Of a stretch of 33,742 nt of DNA, positions 27,155 through 33,742 are shown in pieces. Source of the DNA: Bdellovibrionota bacterium (lineage in GTDB: Bacteria; Bdellovibrionota; Bdellovibrionia; Bdellovibrionales; JAEYZS01); contig CAUJEF010000152.1 in the NCBI GenBank assembly GCA_963169515.1, forward strand, positions 1 to 33,742, given 5' to 3'. Below the pieces are notes generated by a model. That model made no database searches, was not told the DNA's origin, and saw only the letters and a program-made list of their open reading frames with translations. Position 1 is the stretch's first letter. Every line of letters begins with the position of its first letter. The position numbers and the translations under genes are program-made.

Positions 27155-30139
27155 TGGGAGTTTCCAAGGGGAGGTTTCGCGGGGCTCGGTGAGAATCTTT
27201 GGTTCAAAATCACCATTGCCAAATGGCAATTGTTCTTGATGCTCCATCAAATAGAATTGAAATACGTAATTTTTATTTCGGCTTAATGGAACGGGCTGAC
27301 CCTTTTCATTAAGAAGATAAATTTTCGAAATTGGCCCCATATCCGCTGCAAATTGATACAAGCCCATTCGACCATCAATTGGTGAAAGGTCTTGAACTTC
27401 AAATGCTGTCGGATTTTTGTCAGCACGAATTGATCGGTATTCTTGTAAATACCCGCGCGCAGCTATTTTCTGACCACTGTTGGATTGCGCGACACTTGAT
27501 TCGAACAAAAGAATCAAATTCGGATCCGTAGGATTTTTCGATTTATCAAACTTGACCTTGTAATTAAAAAGACGTGGTAAACCCTTGGGAGGGTTTCCAA
27601 ACTCAGGACGTCCCACTGCGGTTATCATCTGTAATTTTTCTACCGCGCCGACCAATTCCTGGGTCATCTGCTCAAGTGGCTTAAAATCAGACGCCTCTGA
27701 ACGCATTCTCAATGCCAGATCACCGCTTTTGACCATTTCTGCAGCCACATCTTTTCCCAATACAAGCATTAAATATGAAAGATACGGTGGGCGGTTCCGT
27801 TCAGTGTACGCAGACAACATTTTCCCGATTTTACCATGATTGTTCAGTGCCTGAACCTCGCGGAACAACTGCAGCAGATTTGTCGCTAATAATTGTTTTG
27901 ATTCGCAATCAAAACCCATGCTAATGCCGTAGCTAGACTTAAAGTCACTACAGCTTCCGTGCGCATTCATCAATTGATCCCATGAATGACCGCCCGTGAT
28001 CATCTCTGCGACTACAGCCCTTACCTCTTCTGAGGACTTTGTCAAAATATGATTAGAAAATTTCCCTGACATATATACATCGCCAAGCACAGCCTGACGG
28101 GTGCCTTCGATCGGGTCTCGATCAGCCGCTCGAAGTTCGTCGATACGTTCTTTTAGTTTTTTCGCGTTTTCATCAGTCTCATAAAGCTCTGGCAAATTAT
28201 CTACCGCAAGTAACATCGCGGTGTTTCGCAATATCGCACGATTGTATTTATAATCTTCCATGCGGCGATCGGATGCTTCAGTCCAAAAATGCGTATTTAC
28301 CGATTGAAGCTCCTTATCTTCGCCATCTGCAGGCTTACCGCCATTGTATAATTTGTCTTGACCGTCTGCCCGGAATTCCACACCACGGAAACTCGCTTCA
28401 TTGTCTGAGTACATCTGAATATCTTTGATAAATAAACGCCACCAATATTTTAGTGCAAAACGAATTCGCAGCTTAGCGTCGTTTCTAATTCTGTGATACT
28501 CCTGACTGATCCCATTGGATTCACACATCTTTACAACCGGACGATTTTCTTTTTCGGCCAGTTCATAATTCACCATACAGCTTTCATACTGATCCTGACT
28601 CATTCTCCACTGATTTTTATAAAGAACAAGATCAAGCTTTCCATCATACTTCACAAAACAACCTCGACGCGGATCTGCACCTTTATCAACGGCCTTTTCA
28701 AGCTTTGAAAGAAGTTTGTCTGCCCTCATGCATGAGTCTTTATTAAATTTTGGATCCACTTGCTGTTCGTCAACTATGTCGGGATCTTTTCCTCTCCATC
28801 CAGCTGAAACAAGTTTCACATTTTCACTGCCTCGCAATGGGGTCATCTTATCCATTGTATCCCACTCTGGATCAAACTTATCTGTAATCTGATTGAATGC
28901 ATCGACGCCATCTTGTTCTGCCAAATTGATTCGATACACCCATTCCACTTCATAGAATTTTCCGGCTCTTCGCTTTGGAGTCAGGAATTTGAAACTTAAG
29001 CCAGCAAACAGATCTGCAGCAGCGCGAAGCTGGGTCCACTCCCATCCCGTCTGTGTTGATTTGCGGATTGTGACCAATACATCAGAGCATTCGTTTTTTC
29101 CGCCGATTTGTTTTTGTGACTTACACTCCGAAGACGGGGCAACGCGCTCAATTGTGCGCTCAGTAATACCATTGAGCATTGGAATAACGCCCGTTTTCAA
29201 TATTCCGGTTTTAAGCCCAGCTCCAAGGTATCCGAACTGCTTGTATCGAACGATACTTAGTGTCTCACCATAATTCAAATTTTTAAGGACGGTTTGATCA
29301 TTTACGTAAAACAGACGATTTTTCATGTCAACAGAAGCAAATGGATCTTGTGAGATCAGAGTCGTCAGCGTCGAGTCAGCAAAATTTCTGTAAATGCTTG
29401 CAAAGGCCTCACCTAACTTCAAATATCCCATTGTTAAAATATTAAACCCAGCCTTTAGCGCTGATATGAATTTAACTTTGAATTTGGGCTTTGATGTATC
29501 CATCGGCTTTGCACGAAGCGGGGCCAAACGGTCTCGCGTGTTTTCGATTTCTTTTCGGCTTGCCGTGGAATCCCGAACGATTGATGTTTTGCGAACGACT
29601 TCGATAGCATCGTAACTCAATGGGCGAATGCCACCACTCACACCGTCACCAATATCATTTGTTTTTACATTTCCGCTTGCAGATAAGCGCGTTTGAAATG
29701 TGTCCAATACCATGAAATAGGACTCTGCATCCGCAGACGGAACGCCATCCTTAACAGTTCCCGCATTTATATTAAAAACTCGTTTACGGGGACGAACATC
29801 AAATCCTAGTTTTACGTTCCCATCCTGGCCGATATCGTATTCGGCTAAATCAGTACCAACCCCGAGGTCTGTTACCCCATAAAGAACGTCTGTTTCTAGG
29901 CTATCCTGCTCGCCATGGAACAATCGTCCAACTTTGTTGCCGTTGCGACTGACTAGCGTCATGTTGTTTAACAAGCTCTTGTCCTTGATGGCTCGGCCGA
30001 CAATTACCGCTTCGGTGTTCGACCCCACAGCCAGTGTTGAGATCGACAATAACAAAGTCACTAAACCAAATTTTCTCAAAGCTTTCTTCGCGCCCACGAT
30101 TTTTCTCCTTAAAATAAAGGTATTCTTTTTTGTATACAC
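27152..30139 (-). CDS. Large secreted hypothetical protein (~995 aa)
   Basis: Long uninterrupted ORF with a signal-peptide-like segment (RKFGLVTLLLSISTLAVG). No family recognised; the true start may be ~20 codons downstream. Confidence 0.75.
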   Translation of the reverse strand: MYTKKNTFILRRKIVGAKKALRKFGLVTLLLSISTLAVGSNTEAVIVGRAIKDKSLLNNMTLVSRNGNKVGRLFHGEQDSLETDVLYGVTDLGVGTDLAEYDIGQDGNVKLGFDVRPRKRVFNINAGTVKDGVPSADAESYFMVLDTFQTRLSASGNVKTNDIGDGVSGGIRPLSYDAIEVVRKTSIVRDSTASRKEIENTRDRLAPLRAKPMDTSKPKFKVKFISALKAGFNILTMGYLKLGEAFASIYRNFADSTLTTLISQDPFASVDMKNRLFYVNDQTVLKNLNYGETLSIVRYKQFGYLGAGLKTGILKTGVIPMLNGITERTIERVAPSSECKSQKQIGGKNECSDVLVTIRKSTQTGWEWTQLRAAADLFAGLSFKFLTPKRRAGKFYEVEWVYRINLAEQDGVDAFNQITDKFDPEWDTMDKMTPLRGSENVKLVSAGWRGKDPDIVDEQQVDPKFNKDSCMRADKLLSKLEKAVDKGADPRRGCFVKYDGKLDLVLYKNQWRMSQDQYESCMVNYELAEKENRPVVKMCESNGISQEYHRIRNDAKLRIRFALKYWWRLFIKDIQMYSDNEASFRGVEFRADGQDKLYNGGKPADGEDKELQSVNTHFWTEASDRRMEDYKYNRAILRNTAMLLAVDNLPELYETDENAKKLKERIDELRAADRDPIEGTRQAVLGDVYMSGKFSNHILTKSSEEVRAVVAEMITGGHSWDQLMNAHGSCSDFKSSYGISMGFDCESKQLLATNLLQLFREVQALNNHGKIGKMLSAYTERNRPPYLSYLMLVLGKDVAAEMVKSGDLALRMRSEASDFKPLEQMTQELVGAVEKLQMITAVGRPEFGNPPKGLPRLFNYKVKFDKSKNPTDPNLILLFESSVAQSNSGQKIAARGYLQEYRSIRADKNPTAFEVQDLSPIDGRMGLYQFAADMGPISKIYLLNEKGQPVPLSRNKNYVFQFYLMEHQEQLPFGNGDFEPKILTEPRETSPWKLP

Positions 30140-30262
30140 AGGTACAATTGCATAGCTTGCAAAGAACAGACCCCGCCAGAATCCATAACATATTGATTTT
30201 ACACTTATTTTTTAAAAAAACAGAGGCCAGAAGCCATTAAAACAAAATTGTCACTACGGTGT

Positions 30263-31231
30263 TTAAAAGCTAAACGTCGCCTTTAAGTCAAGGTTCCAAT
30301 GGGGATCAATATCTATCGCCCAGTTCCTTTTACCGTAGTAGCTTTTAGATTCAAAAATCGTATTGTAATAGTCATAGTTCGCGCCCAACGTGATATAAGA
30401 CGTTCTTGAAAAAAGCATTTTTATCCCTGCGTTGATACCCTTTTCATCAAGGATAATTTTGTCATTATCATCAACCCGATCCGAAGCAAAATAATAGTGG
30501 TGATCCACATCCCAGCCTGCATAGGCAAGCAACGGTCCCCAAAATCGATAATTCACATCAAACTTAAAGATAACTGGCAAGATGGCCGTTGCTGAAATCA
30601 CAAGGTTATCCATTGGAACATAAAGTATGTAGTTGGCAGGAATACCTATTACTGAAAAAAGTTCTGGTTTGGGATTCCAAACGTATGCAAATCCAGGAAC
30701 CGGAATCCCCGATAGCACTGTACGATTATTCGTATATGCGATCAAAAACACAAGGTCTGTTGTGAGTGTTTTTTGAATCCTATAAATTGCAAAAATATCG
30801 ACGCTATTGTCTGCTGCTCGATCAAACGGTCGATTCGAGCGTGTACTAAAATTTACGTAGTACGCAACCGCCCGATCATTTTCCAGTTTTTTACGGTAGA
30901 AGGTTCCAAACTGGTAGGCCTCAAAACTATTTTTCATGTCGTTGCGCGCATCTGTTTCAAAATTGTAACCATGAAAATGTACGGCCTGGACATCTGTCGA
31001 AAAGCCAGCCGCCTCCCCACCTTCTTGGTAAATGGGAACATAAACAGATGTTTGGCTTCGATACTGGTCGAGCTTTGCACCCAGATAATTTGTGTTTGAT
31101 GCGGAACTTAGTCTGCTGTCAAAATCTATCTTTGTCTTAACGTCTGCGTTGCCAATGAGAGTCCCCAGAAATTCAAATGAGTGGGAATAAGATAGCGATA
31201 GAAATATTATGTACAGGCAAAGCTGAACCAT
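30263..31231 (-). CDS. Probable outer-membrane beta-barrel protein
   Basis: Signal peptide, aromatic-rich amphipathic strands, PVPGFAYVW...IGIP and C-terminal LKATFSF. Confidence 0.7.
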   Translation of the reverse strand: MVQLCLYIIFLSLSYSHSFEFLGTLIGNADVKTKIDFDSRLSSASNTNYLGAKLDQYRSQTSVYVPIYQEGGEAAGFSTDVQAVHFHGYNFETDARNDMKNSFEAYQFGTFYRKKLENDRAVAYYVNFSTRSNRPFDRAADNSVDIFAIYRIQKTLTTDLVFLIAYTNNRTVLSGIPVPGFAYVWNPKPELFSVIGIPANYILYVPMDNLVISATAILPVIFKFDVNYRFWGPLLAYAGWDVDHHYYFASDRVDDNDKIILDEKGINAGIKMLFSRTSYITLGANYDYYNTIFESKSYYGKRNWAIDIDPHWNLDLKATFSF

Positions 31232-31389
31232 GACCGCAAGGAATACCGCATTAAGACCTTTGAAGTAAATTAAAATTTTCTATAACGTACCAAATTATTT
31301 CTTTAAATCAGATTCAATTAAACCGATGAAATCATAACTAATTTAAAAGGGTGCTCGTGTCTGAGATACCTGAACCAGAAGGAGATATA

Positions 31390-31788
31390 ATGAGAAAAAA
31401 ATACTACAAGATTGGTGAATACAATTGCTATACGTATTTTACTAACGTGGGTAAAGGATATGAAATTGGCTTTTGCTTTGGCAAAAAAACTATCTTTGTC
31501 GGCAACTTCATTCACTCAAAAGAAGCCGTACAATACTGGGGATATATTAATCGCGAAATCCGTTCATTCGGCAAAAAGTATTGGATTGGCCAAAACGTGT
31601 CGACGACTTGGTACAACAAGTTTTTCACAAACTATTTGTACACAAATTATTATAAGTTCTTAGACAAATTGTTCTTTAAATATCAAAAAACGTACACGAC
31701 TCATTTCAAAAAAGATTATAACCGCTACATGAAAATGAGGAAGCATTGGGCACCTACCAATAAAATGAAATTCAAGGTCGCCGCCTAG
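31390..31788 (+). CDS. Basic, aromatic-rich hypothetical protein
   Basis: ATG 31390 after GAAGGAG. K/Y/F-rich, followed by a terminator. Confidence 0.75.
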   Translation: MRKKYYKIGEYNCYTYFTNVGKGYEIGFCFGKKTIFVGNFIHSKEAVQYWGYINREIRSFGKKYWIGQNVSTTWYNKFFTNYLYTNYYKFLDKLFFKYQKTYTTHFKKDYNRYMKMRKHWAPTNKMKFKVAA

Positions 31789-31796
31789 ATTGAAAC

Positions 31797-31831
31797 AAAA
31801 AGGCTGACTTTCACCAGCCAGCCTTTTCTTT
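31797..31831. terminator. Bidirectional rho-independent terminator
   Basis: AAAAAGGCTG...CAGCCTTTTCTTT between convergent genes. Confidence 0.8.
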
Positions 31832-33742
31832 TAGATCGCCTTATACAAACGATCGTAATCTTGCTTTGCCTTTTCGATAAACTTTCTAAATTGCATATCA
31901 TTCATTTGTTTGGGCTCTGCCGTGTTTTCATCCACAATAGTGCGAAACTCTGAACTTGTTGGCGGCAACGGTTGGTTTTCACTTACGATTGGCTCGTTAA
32001 TTTGCAGCAACATGACCGCCACACGTTTTCGAACATTTTCAAGATAGTTCAACAGAATATTAATATATCCATCGAACTTCGCATCAAGATTTTTAACTCT
32101 GCCTTGAATCTGCTGTGCAACAGTCGATGAGGTTGATGCATACAATACATTCAAAGTTGGATTTTCCACGTCAAAGCCGGGAACCATTTTCAATACACTT
32201 TTAAGCTCGTTCGGAAGATCAATCCCTGACGACGCAGCAATCATTAATCCCGCAATTGATAAGCCCTTTTCCTGTAAAATTGCCGGCGTGGGAATCACAG
32301 TATTAAGGTCAATCCCAGCCGCCGCGAACATTTTTGCGATTCGATTTGCTTTATAAGCAGCAAAGAAACGGTTTTCTTTCATCGCCTCGAATGTCTCGGC
32401 CCTCAAAGTACGCGGATCTAGGTTGCGAAATCCGACAAATTCCGTTTGACCTGTCATTGGATTTTTTAATTCCGTATCAACACGAACAATCTTGTAGGTC
32501 TTAATAAGCGTATTGATAAATTTACGATATTGACTAGCGAAGTTTGCGTCGCCTCGAATGATAAACGCATTATTCGAATCCATTGCAAAACTTCGGATGT
32601 CACCGTTTGCCGAACCAACAATCACATCGTCACCAATCAATGAAAGCTTTGTGTGAAGCGAAAACACCTGATCGAATTTTTCGCCATTTAACTCTACTTG
32701 TGTCGGTGCGTTTGAATATTGATAATATTCAATTTTTGCACGCTTGTTCATTTCAGCAATTTTATCTGCCTTGCGTTTTGCGTTTTTTTCTTTATCCACG
32801 GCTTTTTGGTCCGCTTGAATTCGCTTTTCCAAAGCCTGATAGAAAGAATACATCGCAAAGCTTGCGTACATATTCACGGGCGCTAGATCTGTTGATTTTA
32901 CAGAATTCGTGATGATTTTTACGGTAACATTGTGGCAGTCTAAATTTCTCCAGCCGCCTTGTTCGTCGATATCATTAGAATCTTTAAAGATGCGGCCCAT
33001 TTTTCCAAGCGCCATTAAAAGATTCGAAGACGGGAACCAGTACGCTGAATGCAAAATTACTTCTTGCGGACCTGGTTTTTTACAAATACTCAACAATTCA
33101 TCGACCCATAGTTTATGGATGTTTTTCCCCGAATACTGCTCACGGGCATATTCAGCTCCAAAATTACGTTTTTCGTATGTTGCCTTTGATACTTTGCCTG
33201 TTTTTTTATCAAGCCAAAACTTAGAAAATGGTAGATTTTCTAGGTAACCTGCCGCAAGGCCCGAGCTGACCGGAAACACACCATTAGTAATGGTGAATGA
33301 TGAATCCATACCCGCAGTTTGTTTTAATGCAATATCCACAAGGTTATGGGTCTCCTTTGCATTAGCATAGTTCCCTTTAAGAGGTGGGTTAACAACAGCA
33401 GAATCGGCCAGGGCTACATCTGGCGCTGGGCCGTAATCACGAACTTCGGCGTTATATTTTTCAGTTTGTTTATCTATGTTTGCTTTAATATCCGGAAAAC
33501 GCTGCTCAGACGTTTTGAAATTCTTAGTAAGGTACTCAAGCATGCATGCTACACCCTCTTCATCCCCGACGTTCAAATTAATCGCAGCTTCTTCCTCTGG
33601 CGTTAGAATATGATTCGCTTGGTCTTTATATTGGAACTTAATTATTTGTCCCTTAATATTGTGCACTGGGACCGGTGTAAGTTTATTTTGAGCTGCAATC
33701 TGTATTTTTGCAGTAGTGATTGATTGCTCACACGATTTTGCA
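31831..33742 (-). CDS. Phospholipase D-superfamily (cardiolipin synthase-like) protein, 5' end outside the window
   Basis: HKD motif LHTKLSLIGDDVIVGSAN.D.RS, plus SAYW.P and IITNS...TD. The frame stays open from 33666 to the window edge. Confidence 0.8.
   Translation of the reverse strand, partial: AKSCEQSITTAKIQIAAQNKLTPVPVHNIKGQIIKFQYKDQANHILTPEEEAAINLNVGDEEGVACMLEYLTKNFKTSEQRFPDIKANIDKQTEKYNAEVRDYGPAPDVALADSAVVNPPLKGNYANAKETHNLVDIALKQTAGMDSSFTITNGVFPVSSGLAAGYLENLPFSKFWLDKKTGKVSKATYEKRNFGAEYAREQYSGKNIHKLWVDELLSICKKPGPQEVILHSAYWFPSSNLLMALGKMGRIFKDSNDIDEQGGWRNLDCHNVTVKIITNSVKSTDLAPVNMYASFAMYSFYQALEKRIQADQKAVDKEKNAKRKADKIAEMNKRAKIEYYQYSNAPTQVELNGEKFDQVFSLHTKLSLIGDDVIVGSANGDIRSFAMDSNNAFIIRGDANFASQYRKFINTLIKTYKIVRVDTELKNPMTGQTEFVGFRNLDPRTLRAETFEAMKENRFFAAYKANRIAKMFAAAGIDLNTVIPTPAILQEKGLSIAGLMIAASSGIDLPNELKSVLKMVPGFDVENPTLNVLYASTSSTVAQQIQGRVKNLDAKFDGYINILLNYLENVRKRVAVMLLQINEPIVSENQPLPPTSSEFRTIVDENTAEPKQMNDMQFRKFIEKAKQDYDRLYKAI

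Noticed and set aside
27042..27239. 65-aa plus-strand ORF sharing ERERRTF with the RAYT C-terminus
   Set aside because: The shared peptide is just the REP sequence translated. The ORF overlaps the 995-aa gene antisense.

Overview
Bacterial genomic DNA, probably from a Bdellovibrionota/Oligoflexia-like organism. This is inferred from an F-N-N-C lipoprotein signal, sigma28-like promoters and typical hypothetical proteins, not verified. The left ~13 kb, cut by the window edge, is an unusual biosynthetic cluster. It holds PAPS supply (cysN 3' part, cysC), an S24/S26-type peptidase, three stand-alone PqqD/RRE proteins, an Stf0-like sulfotransferase and a full-length LanB-type dehydratase with no LanC or YcaO in view. 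It also holds a GT-C membrane glycosyltransferase, two GT2 enzymes and a dTDP C-methyl-deoxysugar pathway. An unannotated 56-aa ORF at 1829..1999, absent from the ORF track, looks like the RiPP precursor: a basic leader with FKFGQIKKI and a C-terminal GGSGTCTS. Together these suggest a dehydrated, glycosylated and sulfated RiPP system. The rest is ordinary or accessory: a beta-helix lipoprotein, S8 protease, orphan CpaF, LemA/HtpX-like pair, PilZ protein, acs, MarC, a cNMP-binding protein, secreted/outer-membrane hypotheticals and a partial PLD-family gene. A REP-associated tyrosine transposase is flanked by inverted 34-bp GTAC-initiated hairpin repeats, with a third copy about 4.8 kb away.
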